From contig DASWKB010000004.1 in NCBI GenBank assembly GCA_036396895.1, positions 8,829-72,828 of the forward strand: DNA of 64,000 nt. The letters run 5' to 3'. The notes beneath the pieces are model-generated. The model was not told the origin of the DNA. It saw only the letters and a program-made list of their open reading frames with translations, and made no database searches. Source of the DNA: a bacterium. GTDB lineage: Bacteria > Omnitrophota > Gorgyraeia > Aquiviventales > Aquiviventaceae. Made by a program: the position numbers and the translations under genes. This document shows, piece after piece, positions 9,416 through 18,663 of the stretch; the first letter of the stretch is position 1, and each line of letters begins with the position of its first letter.

Positions 9416-10363
9416 TCACCGGCTCACGAGCTTCACGCGCCTGAACACGCGCTCGACGTCACGGCGGCGGCACAGCTCCGTGCCCGGCGTCATGGCCGCA
9501 GCCGTGCCGCAGGCGACGCCGAACCGGAACGACTCGGCGACCGGGCGCCCGCGCAGCCATGCCGTCACGAATCCCGCCACCAGCGAATCCCCCGCCCCGA
9601 CGGCGGAATCGACGCGCACCCGAGGCGCCTCCGCCACGAGCACGCGCGCCGAGCCCCGCTGCGCCAGCACCGCGCCCTCGCCGCCGAGCGACAGCACCAC
9701 CATCTCCGTGCCCAAGGCGCACATCCGACGCGCCGCGTCGGCGACCTTCGCGCGGCTCGAGAGCCGCTCACCCAGCAGCGCTTCCGCCTCGTGCCGGTTC
9801 GGCTTGATCATCCAGGGCCGCGCCTGAAGGCCCAGCTCGAGCGCCCGGCCGGACGCGTCCAGCACGACGGGGATCCGCCTTCGGCGCGCCCGGCGGATGA
9901 TCGCGCGATACCAGGATGCCGGCACGCCGGGCGGCAGGCTGCCGGAGGCGACCAGGCACGCGCCGCCCGCACACAGCCGATCGAGCTCGCGCTCAACCTG
10001 CCGGCGCGCCCGCGCGGGCACCCGCGGCCCCGCCGTGTTGATTTCCGTCAGCGCGGAGGGGCGGCGGGTGCGGACTTTGTAATTATTCCTGGTCGCGCCG
10101 TCCACGTCGACGTACCGGCAGGGGACGCCCACCCGCTCCATGAGCGCGCGGAAGATCCGACCGTCCTCGCCGCCGATCACCGCCAGCGCCGCCGTCGCGC
10201 CGCCCAGCTCCCGTACCACCCGGGACACGTTGATGCCTTTCCCCCCGGGGTGCCGGATGAATCCACCCGCCCGGTTCAGCTCGCCGGTGCGCAGCGACGC
10301 AAGCGTGACCCACTCATCGAGCGAGGGGTTCATGGTGAGCGTGATGATCCGGCGGGCCGCCAT
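9416..10363 (-). CDS. pfkB: PfkB-family sugar-phosphate kinase (1-phosphofructokinase / tagatose-6-P kinase type)
   Basis: ITLTMNPSLD..., GGKGINVSRV, C-terminal VDSAVGAGDSLVAGF motif. Confidence 0.75.
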   Translation of the reverse strand: MAARRIITLTMNPSLDEWVTLASLRTGELNRAGGFIRHPGGKGINVSRVVRELGGATAALAVIGGEDGRIFRALMERVGVPCRYVDVDGATRNNYKVRTRRPSALTEINTAGPRVPARARRQVERELDRLCAGGACLVASGSLPPGVPASWYRAIIRRARRRRIPVVLDASGRALELGLQARPWMIKPNRHEAEALLGERLSSRAKVADAARRMCALGTEMVVLSLGGEGAVLAQRGSARVLVAEAPRVRVDSAVGAGDSLVAGFVTAWLRGRPVAESFRFGVACGTAAAMTPGTELCRRRDVERVFRRVKLVSR

Positions 10364-10366
10364 CGG

Positions 10367-11827
10367 CTACCGCCCGTTCGCGGCGGACAGGCGCGCCGCA
10401 AGCGCCGACGCAAGCGCCGACGCCGTGGCCCGCTCGTAGATGTCCCGGTATGCCTCCGCCGCGGCGGCCCAGGAGAGATCCTGCTGCATCGCGCCGCGCA
10501 TCAGGCCCGCCCAGACGCCGGCGTCCTCGGACGCGCCGACGGCCCGGACGAGCGCATCCACCAGCGCCCGGGGCCCCGTCCCGTCGTAGACCAGTCCGGA
10601 GGCGGTGCCGTCGGACAGCGTCGAGGGCGCAAGCTCCACCACGCCGTCGGTCGCGCCGTCCAGGCGCCGCACGATCGGGACCGCGCCGTAGCGCATCCCG
10701 TGCAGATGGCCGAAGGCGCCCGCGCGCCCGTCGGATACCGGCAGCATCGCGTCGGCCCCCGCCGCGATCCGGCGCTGGAGCGCCTCGTCGGCTTCGCGCA
10801 CGTACGCCACCCGGGCCGGCTGCGCCGCCGCGCGCGAGCGCCAGGCGTCCTCGAGCTCGTCGCCGCCGATCAGGATGAGCTGAACCGGCAGGGCCGTCAC
10901 AAGCTGCTCGAGCGCGCCCGCCAGCCACCCGGTCGCTTCGGGATCGCCGCCAAGCCCCGGCACCGCGACCACGAGCTCATGACGTTCGGCGAGCTTGAGC
11001 TCCCGCTGCAGTACCAGCTTGCAGACGGATTTTCCCGCCGGCTGCGCCGCGGAAAACGGCATCGCGAGGCCAAAGCCGCCCGATGGATTCCACGCCTCCG
11101 CGTCGAGCCCGTGGAGCACGCCGATGAGGTCCTCTCCGCGGGCGCCGAAACTCCCTTCAAGCCCGCACCCGGTTCCCGGACGCCTCAGGCGCGCCGCGTA
11201 GCTGGGCAGGGCCGCCGTGACAAGGACGGCGGTTTCCACGCCCCCCTTGAGGCAGTTGATCGCCCCGCCCATCTCGAACGGCCCTCCGGCGAATCGATCA
11301 TCCGGAAGCCCCAAGGCGCTCCAGCGCTCGCGCGCCGCCACGCCCTGCCGGGCCGCGTCGTGGACGGTGAGCACCGACGCGGGGCCGCCGGAGATCCCCC
11401 AGGCCGCCCCCGCGTGGGCACAGACCGGCGCCGTCTGCCACTCGTGGCAGTGCACCACCTCCGGCCGCCAGGAGAATCTGACCTGCAGCTGGGGCACGAG
11501 CTGGCAAAAGACGCCGATCTGGTTCAGGTCCTCCGTCTCGAGCTCGCCGGCGCCCTGCAGCTCGATGGCGTAGAGGCACGCGCCGCCGGGACCGGAGCCC
11601 GTCCACACGCGCCCCAACTGAAGACGGTCGCCCGCGCGCGCGTGCAGCATGATCCCGCTCGGGGAGAGCCCGGCGCGCGACCGGTCGATCGAGGAGGACA
11701 GCGGAAGAGCCAGGCGGACCTCGTGCCCGCAGGACGCGAGCGCGCGGACGAGCCCCGCGACGTCCCGCGCCGCGGGCCCGTCGCCGGTGAGCGGCGCGCA
11801 CGCCGTCGCGACGATCAGCACGTCCAT
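10367..11827 (-). CDS. glgA: Glycogen synthase (GT5)
   Basis: Homology starts at the internal Met MDVLIVATACAPLTGDGPAARDV (ATG at 11827, in frame). The upstream 211 aa of the listed ORF are Arg/Pro/Ser-rich read-through overlapping the next gene. Confidence 0.8.
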   Translation of the reverse strand: MDVLIVATACAPLTGDGPAARDVAGLVRALASCGHEVRLALPLSSSIDRSRAGLSPSGIMLHARAGDRLQLGRVWTGSGPGGACLYAIELQGAGELETEDLNQIGVFCQLVPQLQVRFSWRPEVVHCHEWQTAPVCAHAGAAWGISGGPASVLTVHDAARQGVAARERWSALGLPDDRFAGGPFEMGGAINCLKGGVETAVLVTAALPSYAARLRRPGTGCGLEGSFGARGEDLIGVLHGLDAEAWNPSGGFGLAMPFSAAQPAGKSVCKLVLQRELKLAERHELVVAVPGLGGDPEATGWLAGALEQLVTALPVQLILIGGDELEDAWRSRAAAQPARVAYVREADEALQRRIAAGADAMLPVSDGRAGAFGHLHGMRYGAVPIVRRLDGATDGVVELAPSTLSDGTASGLVYDGTGPRALVDALVRAVGASEDAGVWAGLMRGAMQQDLSWAAAAEAYRDIYERATASALASALAARLSAANGR

Positions 11828-11879
11828 GGGCACGATTCTGAGGGGGCGGCGCGAACGATCCGCGGCATCGTGATCGCGG

Positions 11880-13628
11880 TCAAGATCCAGGACCCGCCGG
11901 CGTGGCGGAGGCCGGCGGCCGCGCCGCCTGCTCCGAGCCAGCGTTCGCCGCGGGCGCCGAGGCCAGGCGCGCCGAAGGCGTCGACGCGCGGCGGCGACCC
12001 TCCGATGCCAAGGCCGCCTGGAACCCTCCCCCGGGCTCCGGGGGAAGGTTGGCGTACACGCGGTAGTCCACGAACGGGAACAGGTTGTCCTGCGATTCGA
12101 ATCGGGCGAGCCGGCTCTCGTCGATCTCCTGGGCTTCGAGGGCGTCGGCGAGGACATCGAACCGCTCCATGTGGTCCTGCAGACGCCCGTAGGCGTAGCT
12201 CGCGTGCGACTGCGTCTTGATGATGAATCCCCAGTCCGAGGCCTGCGCCAGCAGGAGCTCCCGCGCCATCTGGTTGAGCACGCGCAGCGACGGGCCGTGC
12301 GCGTCCGGCATGGCCGACGTGAGCCGCACCATCCGCTCCGCCATGCGGTGCAGCCGCGGCCAGATCCAATCGTTGGAGCCGTTGAGCCACATGTCGTGAT
12401 AGCCCCGGACGCCCCAGCTCGACATCGCCGGCTGCTGCATCTGGAATTCGCCGGCGCCGTCAATGACCCTGGCGGGCGTCGTCATCCTCAGGTCCCTGGC
12501 TTCCCTCTGCACGTCGCGGATGACCAGCTCCAGCCAGTCCGTGCCCTCGAACCACCAATGTCCGAACAGCTCCGCGTCGTACGGGCTCACGATGACGGGG
12601 CCGCGCCCCAGCACCTCCTTGAGGCGGAGCGCATGCGCGTCGCGCTCGCGGACGAAATTCCTGGCATGTGCCGCGGCCTGCGCGCGCGCCCGGTCGGGAT
12701 CGTAGGGCTCCTTCTGGTCCGTCGCGCCCGTGATGCGGTAGTACTTGATCCCCGTCGCCGTTCGCGAGCCGTCTCCTCCGAGGTACGGGCGCAGGTAGTC
12801 GGTGTCGAGATCGTACCCGATGTCGCGGTGGAATTCCCGGTAGTCCGGGTGGCCGGGATAGCCCTCGATCGAGCTCCAGACCTGCTTGGACGACGCGAGG
12901 TCGCGCCCGAAGACGATGACGCCGCTGGGCGTGCGCACCGGCGCGTGGACGCCGAACCGGGGGCGGGGCTCGCCGAACAGGACGCCGTGGGCATCCACGA
13001 TCACGTAGCCGACGCCTTCCTCGCGCAGGATCGCGTCCAGGCCGGGCGCGTAGCCGCACTCCGGCAGCCACAGTCCGCGCGGCCGGAATCCCATGAACTC
13101 CTCGAAGGCCTGGAGCCCGACGCGGATCTGCGCGCGGACGGCCGCCGGGTGCCGGTCCAGCAGCGGGAGGTACCCGTGGGTCGCGCACGTCGTCATCAGC
13201 TCCAGCCCGCCCTGGAGGTGCAGCGACCGGAACGCGGCGATGAGATCGCGCCGGTACACTCCCGTATACACGCGATGGGCTTCGCGCGCGCGGCCCGCGT
13301 ACATCCGCGCGAGGCGGTCGAAGGGGGGGAGCCACTTCGTCCGGACCGTCTCCTTCTCGGCGAGCTCGATCTGGCGCTCGAGGTGCCGGACATAGCGCTC
13401 CTGCAAGAGCGGATCCGCCAGCATGGCCAGCAGGGTGGGACTGAGCGAGACCGTCAGGTGGAGGGCGAGCCCGTCATCCGCGAGCCGCTGGAGGCGCTGC
13501 AGGATCGGAAGGTACGTCTCCGTGATGGCTTCGAACAGCCACCGCTCCTCCAGGAACTCCGCGTGCTCCGGGTGGCGGATGTACGGCAGATGCGCGTGCA
13601 GAATGAGGACCAGCTCGCCGCGATGCAT
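11880..13628 (-). CDS. GH57-family 1,4-alpha-glucan branching enzyme
   Basis: MHRGELVLILHAHLPYIRHPEHAEFLEERWLFEAITETYLPIL... is the typical GH57/DUF1957 N-terminus. Start chosen at the in-frame ATG 13628. Confidence 0.75.
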   Translation of the reverse strand: MHRGELVLILHAHLPYIRHPEHAEFLEERWLFEAITETYLPILQRLQRLADDGLALHLTVSLSPTLLAMLADPLLQERYVRHLERQIELAEKETVRTKWLPPFDRLARMYAGRAREAHRVYTGVYRRDLIAAFRSLHLQGGLELMTTCATHGYLPLLDRHPAAVRAQIRVGLQAFEEFMGFRPRGLWLPECGYAPGLDAILREEGVGYVIVDAHGVLFGEPRPRFGVHAPVRTPSGVIVFGRDLASSKQVWSSIEGYPGHPDYREFHRDIGYDLDTDYLRPYLGGDGSRTATGIKYYRITGATDQKEPYDPDRARAQAAAHARNFVRERDAHALRLKEVLGRGPVIVSPYDAELFGHWWFEGTDWLELVIRDVQREARDLRMTTPARVIDGAGEFQMQQPAMSSWGVRGYHDMWLNGSNDWIWPRLHRMAERMVRLTSAMPDAHGPSLRVLNQMARELLLAQASDWGFIIKTQSHASYAYGRLQDHMERFDVLADALEAQEIDESRLARFESQDNLFPFVDYRVYANLPPEPGGGFQAALASEGRRRASTPSARLASAPAANAGSEQAARPPASATPAGPGS

Positions 13629-13657
13629 CGTGTGGTTGTGGCCGTGCCGGGCCGTGC

Positions 13658-15013
13658 TCAGCGCGTCGCGCCCGCCGCGGCCTCGGCCGGGTGCCGCCGG
13701 GCTTCGCGCGGCTGTTCGTGCGCGGTCTTCCGGCTGACGATGGGGATGATCCGGCGGACGTGGCGGCCGTTCGGCGACACGGCCTCGACGGGGATGGTCT
13801 GCGTGCCGTCCGGCAGGGCGAACCGGGCCGAGAACGTGCCGTCTTTCGCCACCTGAACGGGCTGGCCCTGGATGGTCACTTTCGCTTTGGGATCGGTCGC
13901 CCCGTAGACGATGAGCTCGGTGTCCACCCGCAGCCAGAACTGGTCGCGCTGCTCCGGGGCCTGCGCGGGAGGCCAGAGCGCGGAGAACAGCCCGAAGGAT
14001 GACACCGCGCCCGAGGAGAGCCACTCCGCGCTCGAGACGCCGGCCGCCCACGGGCCTCCGGCGCCGGCCGACGTGGCCTGCTTCCCGAAGAACCGCCGCA
14101 CGTCCTCGGCTGTGGTGCCGGCCGGGAGCCCGCCGCTCACCGCGTAGATCTCCCAGTACTCCTCTTCCGAGAGCGCCCAGCGCGGATCCACGGCGTCGGA
14201 GGGGCCGATGCGGGGCGTCGAAACGGCGTTCGACCGCGCCATCGGGATGAAGCGGCCGGATCGCGTCTTGATGCCGACCTCGGCCATGAACGTCCTGCCG
14301 GGCGCGTTGGCGTGGATGTACCACGTGGTCGCCATGCTGGAAATCGGGATGTCGAAGCTGCCGCCCCCGTCGCTGATGTCGAAGACCCGCAGCAGCGACT
14401 GCACGCCTTCGATCTCCTCGGGCTTGAGCTGCCGCCGCACGTCGCGCTCGGTCTCGGCGTGGATGGTCCAGTACGCGTAGACCCACCAGGGGTCTTTCGC
14501 CATCAGGACCATCTCATCCACCGCGCTCGGCGCTTGCTCAAGCTTCGCCCGCTCCGTCACGAGCCGCCCGGCGGCGAATCTGGTCGGGTCGGCGACCGGT
14601 CGGATCCCCGGTCCCGCGGGCGGCCAAGCGATTGCCGTCGCCGTCAAGGGCTGGGCCGCCGGTGCGGCCGGCGCCTGAGCCTGCGGCGCTCTGGACGGGC
14701 CGTTCGGCCCGGTCGTCCGCGACGGACGCGCGGCGCGCCTCGCGTCGACGCCTGCGGCGCGCCTGGTGTCGCGCGACGCCGGGCGAGGCACGCGACGTGA
14801 AGACTTCGGAGGAGCCGCGTGGCGACGGGGGTTGGAGATCGCGGCGCGGACGCGGCGTGCCGCCGCGGGCGTCAGCGTCGAATCAGCGGGCTTGTTCGAA
14901 CGGGCGCGGGCGGAAGGACGAGCGGGTGTTGATACGGCTCGGCCGCGGCGCGCCGTGTGCGCCGCCGCCGACGATTTGGTGCGACGTGTCGTTGCCGAGG
15001 CACGCCGTGCCAT
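13658..15013 (-). CDS. DUF4912-type protein with basic low-complexity N-terminus
   Basis: DEMVLMAKDPWWVYAYWTIH... resembles the DUF4912 motif commonly found next to GH57/glgA genes. The N-terminal ~150 aa are R/A/P/S/T-rich. Confidence 0.5.
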   Translation of the reverse strand: MARRASATTRRTKSSAAAHTARRGRAVSTPARPSARARSNKPADSTLTPAAARRVRAAISNPRRHAAPPKSSRRVPRPASRDTRRAAGVDARRAARPSRTTGPNGPSRAPQAQAPAAPAAQPLTATAIAWPPAGPGIRPVADPTRFAAGRLVTERAKLEQAPSAVDEMVLMAKDPWWVYAYWTIHAETERDVRRQLKPEEIEGVQSLLRVFDISDGGGSFDIPISSMATTWYIHANAPGRTFMAEVGIKTRSGRFIPMARSNAVSTPRIGPSDAVDPRWALSEEEYWEIYAVSGGLPAGTTAEDVRRFFGKQATSAGAGGPWAAGVSSAEWLSSGAVSSFGLFSALWPPAQAPEQRDQFWLRVDTELIVYGATDPKAKVTIQGQPVQVAKDGTFSARFALPDGTQTIPVEAVSPNGRHVRRIIPIVSRKTAHEQPREARRHPAEAAAGATR

Positions 15014-15120
15014 GCTGGTGTTCTCCGGTGTCGGTTTCGTGCATGCTCTAGCGTGACTATTATAACGCGGTCGGTTTGTCGAGTAAATACTCTTCGGTGT
15101 AACTCTTCGGCGGGCCTAGC

Positions 15121-15200
15121 CGGTCGGAAGCCGGAAGGTGGACGCTGGATGTATCAACCGATCATTCCAGCCTCCAGCTTCCAGCTTCCAACTTCAGACC
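15121..15200. repeat. Word-built inverted repeat, GGAAGCT family
   Basis: Left arm GGTCGGAAGCCGGAAGGTGGACGCTGGATG. Right arm ATTCCAGCCTCCAGCTTCCAGCTTCCAACTTCAGACC, whose reverse complement is GGTCTGAAGTTGGAAGCTGGAAGCTGGAGGCTGGAAT. Confidence 0.8.
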
Positions 15201-15208
15201 AGGTAGTA

Positions 15209-16192
15209 TTACGGCGAAGAAGCGGCGCACCGGCGCAGGCGGTCCATGATGGCCAAGCCGAGCCCGCGCTCGGGAACAGGTTCTGCGACGATCAGGTCGA
15301 GCCCAAGAGCGTCAAGCCGCCTCAGGGCCGCGAAGAGGCCGGCGGCGGCTGTCTCCATATCTCCTTCCGGAGCAAGGAGTTCTACGCTCGCATAGCCATG
15401 CCGCGCGGGCGCTTCACGGTACCCCAGCAGGCCGACCCGGCAGGATCCGGCAGGCGGAACCTGGGAGGCGTCCAAAATCACAAGCGGAGTCTTGGTCGCA
15501 TAGTGGCGGCTGAGCTGCCCAGGCGAATCCGGGCGAACCGAGGCGGGAGTCCCCGGCGGCAGGATCCGCACCTCCCCCAGGACGTCCCGGACCGCTTCGA
15601 CGGAGATCCCGCCCGTGCGCAGGATCGCCGGCGGGTTCGTGACCAGCGTGACCACCGTGGATTCGAGCCCGACGGGGCACGGGCCGCCATCGAGAATCAG
15701 CTCCAGCTCCCCGCCCAGCTGGTCGGCCACGTGCGCGGCCGTCGTCGGGCTGACATAGCCGAACGGGTTGGCGCTCGGAGCCGCCACGGGCGTGCCGCAG
15801 GCGGCGAGCCACCTCCGGGTCGGCTCCGGCTCCGGAATTCTCACGGCGACCGTCTCGAGCCCCGCCGTCACGATATCGGGAATGGCGGGATGCTTCGGCA
15901 CGACGACGGTGAGCGGGCCAGGCCAGAACCGATCCGCCAGCTTCCGGAGCCCCTCCGGCCTTGAGGCCGCCACGCGCTCCAGGTCCCGCTCATCGGCCAG
16001 ATGCACGATCAAGGGGTCGAAGGCGGGGCGCCGCTTCACGGCGAAGATACGGGCCACCGCCTCCGCGTTGCGCGCGTCCGCGCCGAGGCCATAGACGGTC
16101 TCCGTCGGAAACGCCACCAGGCTCCCCCGGCGCAGCGCCGCCGCCGCGTCGCGCACGGCGTCCGGATCCGTCACCGGCAGGATGCGGGTCAT
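15209..16192 (-). CDS. tsaC: L-threonylcarbamoyladenylate synthase (Sua5/YwlC long form)
   Basis: Internal start MTRILPVTDPDAV...GSLVAFPTETVYGLGADA..FAVKRRP (ATG 16192, ATGA overlap with the upstream gene's stop). The longer listed ORF is an R-rich extension. Confidence 0.8.
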   Translation of the reverse strand: MTRILPVTDPDAVRDAAAALRRGSLVAFPTETVYGLGADARNAEAVARIFAVKRRPAFDPLIVHLADERDLERVAASRPEGLRKLADRFWPGPLTVVVPKHPAIPDIVTAGLETVAVRIPEPEPTRRWLAACGTPVAAPSANPFGYVSPTTAAHVADQLGGELELILDGGPCPVGLESTVVTLVTNPPAILRTGGISVEAVRDVLGEVRILPPGTPASVRPDSPGQLSRHYATKTPLVILDASQVPPAGSCRVGLLGYREAPARHGYASVELLAPEGDMETAAAGLFAALRRLDALGLDLIVAEPVPERGLGLAIMDRLRRCAASSP

Positions 16193-17121
16193 GGCTGCTT
16201 CGGCAGCCGGCGGCGCGCGATGAGGGACGCCGCCACCGAGGAGCCGATGAGCCCGGCGATGACCGACAGCGACACGCCGATCGGCACGTGCACGATGTCC
16301 GCCAGCAGCATCTTCACGCCGACGAAGACGAGCACGAGGCCGAGCCCGAACCTCAGATACGCAAGGCGGCCGATCGCGCCGGTGAGGACGAAGTACAGCG
16401 CGCGCAGGCCGAGAATGGCGAAGATGTTCGAGGTGTACACGATGAACGGATCCCGCGTCACCGCGAAGATCGCCGGGATCGAATCCACGGCGAAGACGAG
16501 GTCCGTCGTCTCGACCGCCACCAGGACCAGGAGCAGCGGGGTCGCCGCCCATCCGCCAGGCCGCCGCACGAGGAACCGCCCGGGTGAGTCCGTCGCGATC
16601 GGCAGCCACCGCCGCGCCAGGCGGATCACCGGGTTGCGCTCAGGGTCGACGTGCTGCGCCTGCTCGCGCAGCATCCGGACGCCCGTCACGATCAGGATGC
16701 CGCCGAACACGAAGATGATCCAGTGCGCGCGGGCGATGAGCGCGACCCCCGCGAAGATGAACGCCGCGCGCATCACCACCGCCCCGAGGATCCCCCAGAA
16801 GAGCACCCGGTGCTGGTCGGAGGGCGCGACGTGAAAATAGCTGAAAATCACCAGGAACACGAAGATGTTGTCGACGCTGAGGGATTTCTCGATGAGGTAC
16901 CCGGTGAGGAACTCGAGGCCCTTCGTGTGTCCGAAGTGCCAGGCCACGCCGAGATTGAAGAGGAGCGCGGACGCGATCCAGACGACCGTCCACAGGACGG
17001 CCTCGCGCATGCCGACGGCGCGGGGGCGGCGATGGACGACGCCCAGATCGACCGCGAGCATCACCGCGATGATCACGGTGAAGCCGATCCACCACGCAGG
17101 CGATCCCACGGTCTCGACCAT
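16189..17121 (-). CDS. TerC-family integral membrane protein
   Basis: LEFLTGYLIEKSLSVDNIFVFLVIF and DLVFAVDSIPAIFAVT motifs; multiple TM segments. Confidence 0.8.
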   Translation of the reverse strand: MVETVGSPAWWIGFTVIIAVMLAVDLGVVHRRPRAVGMREAVLWTVVWIASALLFNLGVAWHFGHTKGLEFLTGYLIEKSLSVDNIFVFLVIFSYFHVAPSDQHRVLFWGILGAVVMRAAFIFAGVALIARAHWIIFVFGGILIVTGVRMLREQAQHVDPERNPVIRLARRWLPIATDSPGRFLVRRPGGWAATPLLLVLVAVETTDLVFAVDSIPAIFAVTRDPFIVYTSNIFAILGLRALYFVLTGAIGRLAYLRFGLGLVLVFVGVKMLLADIVHVPIGVSLSVIAGLIGSSVAASLIARRRLPKQP

Positions 17122-17187
17122 GAGAGGGGCGGGGACCCCGCCGCGCGCGGCGGGATTCCCGATCAGGGGCGGCGGGGGCCCGCCGAC

Positions 17188-17433
17188 TCAGCCCCCGACG
17201 ACGTCTCCGACGACAGGCTCGACCTTGACGCCCTTCTTCTCGAGGAACGCGAGCGCCTGCTTGAGCTGCTCCTCCGCGCCCTCGAGCTCGAGCGTCACTT
17301 CACCCACGTGCTCGGTCACTTTCGCCCGCCGGATGTTTGGCACGACGCTGTACTCCTTGGCCATCATGTAAATGACCGGCTCCTTGATGAGGTGCTGCGG
17401 AAAGATCAACGTCACTTGCTTCGTGGACATCAC
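17188..17433 (-). CDS. Stand-alone NIL (MetN C-terminal-like) domain protein ending in Gly-Gly
   Basis: 81 aa: VTLIFPQHLIKEPVIYMMAKEYSVVPNIRRAKVTEHVGEVTLELEG..ALAFLEKKGVKVEPV, then tail VGDVVGG-stop. Lies 12 nt downstream of moeB. Confidence 0.6.
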   Translation of the reverse strand: MMSTKQVTLIFPQHLIKEPVIYMMAKEYSVVPNIRRAKVTEHVGEVTLELEGAEEQLKQALAFLEKKGVKVEPVVGDVVGG

Positions 17434-17445
17434 ACGCCTCCTGGT

Positions 17446-18267
17446 TCACCATTCGCGTTGCGAATGCTGCACACACGAGCCGCCGGCCGATGCCGGCGGC
17501 AGCGACACGATGGTCGAGTGATCGCCGCAGACCGCGCAGGCCGGGTCTCGCCTGACGGGGACCGTCCGGAACGACGAGGCCGCGCCGTCAAAGACGAGGA
17601 GCCGGTCCGCCAGCGGCGTGCCGAATCCCAGCATGAGCTTGAGCGCCTCGTGCGCCATCAGGCTGCCGATCACGCCCGCCTCCGGCCCCAGCACGCCGGC
17701 CTCCCGGCAGCTCGGGATGGCGCCCGGCTCCGGCGGCTCCGGAAACACGCACCGCAGGCACGCGCTCCGGCGCGGCAGGACCGTGAGCACCTGGCCGCGG
17801 AACTGCACCACCCCGCCATGCACCAGCGGGATGCCGCCGAGGACGCAGGCGTCGTTCACCGCGTAACGCGTGGGGAAATTATCCGAGCCGTCCAGCACCA
17901 GCTGGTAGCCCGCCAGGAGCTCCGGCGCATTTTCGGCCGTGAGGCGCGTCCGGTGCGTCCGCACCTTCACCGCGGGATTCAGCGCGCGCAGCCGCTCGGC
18001 GCCGGACTCCGTCTTCGCGCGCCCGAGGGACGCCGTCGCGTGCAGGAGCTGCCGGTGCAGGTCGCTCGCGGCCACCTCGTCGGAATCGATGAGGCCGAGC
18101 GTGCCGACGCCGCTCCCCGCGAGGTAGAGCGCCGCGGGCGAACCGAGACCGCCGGCGCCGATCAGCGCCACGGATGCGCGGCGCAGCCGTTCCTGTCCTC
18201 CGACTCCAACCTCCGGGAGGATCAGCTGCCGGCTGTAACGCGCGATCTCCTCCTTGGTCAATCCCAT
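17446..18267 (-). CDS. moeB: MoeB/ThiF-type E1-like adenylyltransferase
   Basis: RYSRQLILPEVGVGGQERLRRASVALIGAGGLGSPAALYLAGSGVG; two CxxC pairs (CLRC, CAVC). Confidence 0.85.
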   Translation of the reverse strand: MGLTKEEIARYSRQLILPEVGVGGQERLRRASVALIGAGGLGSPAALYLAGSGVGTLGLIDSDEVAASDLHRQLLHATASLGRAKTESGAERLRALNPAVKVRTHRTRLTAENAPELLAGYQLVLDGSDNFPTRYAVNDACVLGGIPLVHGGVVQFRGQVLTVLPRRSACLRCVFPEPPEPGAIPSCREAGVLGPEAGVIGSLMAHEALKLMLGFGTPLADRLLVFDGAASSFRTVPVRRDPACAVCGDHSTIVSLPPASAGGSCVQHSQREW

Positions 18268-18328
18268 GCGTCGAGCCTCGCGGCGGGTGCCAGGCGCGCG
18301 CCCGGCGGCGCGTCCCGCCGATCCGGCG

Positions 18329-18604
18329 TCAGCCGCCGGCGATCGCCGGGATGATCGAGACCTCGTCCCCGTCCTTCACGGAGGTCTGGTCCCCCTGGAG
18401 AAACCGGATGTCTTCCTCGTTCACGAACACGTTCACGAAGCGCCGGAGCTTTCCCTGCTCATCGCAGATGCGCTCCCGGACGCCGGGATGCTTCCGCTCG
18501 AGGTCCTCCAGGATTCCGGCGACGGTCGTCCCGTCGCACGCCACTTCCCCCTGCCCGTTGGTCAGCCGCTGCAACGGCGTGGGGATCCGCACGGTCACTG
18601 CCAT
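18329..18604 (-). CDS. MoaD/ThiS/CysO-family sulfur-carrier protein (C-terminal AIAGG)
   Basis: 91 aa from the in-frame ATG 18604: MAVTVRIPTPLQRLTNGQGEV...DGDEVSIIPAIAGG-stop. The listed 476-aa ORF is read-through over thrC. Confidence 0.8.
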   Translation of the reverse strand: MAVTVRIPTPLQRLTNGQGEVACDGTTVAGILEDLERKHPGVRERICDEQGKLRRFVNVFVNEEDIRFLQGDQTSVKDGDEVSIIPAIAGG

Positions 18605-18663
18605 CGACTCCTCCTTGTGTCCATCCATCGCCGGCCGCGCGACGCGCGCCGGCGCGCGCCCGG

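Noticed and set aside
9278-12220. 980-aa plus-strand ORF, with similar long plus ORFs at 27813-30773 and 31672-33828 and minus ORFs at 45508-46830 and 48548-50821
   Set aside because: All are antisense to confidently identified genes (pfkB/glgA, pheT/pheS, thrS, gyrB, gyrA), and their composition is Arg/Pro/His-dominated low complexity.
11828-12463. N-terminal extensions of listed ORFs: glgA to 12463, GH57 to 14486, tsaC to 16609, yicC to 37953, the carrier protein to 19759
   Set aside because: Homology to the respective families begins at internal in-frame ATGs. The extensions overlap the upstream genes and are Arg/Pro/Ser-rich read-through.
17122-17187. Possible yybP-ykoY (Mn) riboswitch upstream of the TerC-family gene
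   Set aside because: The gap is only 66 nt and consists of GC-rich short hairpins. It is too short and lacks the conserved riboswitch features I can recall.
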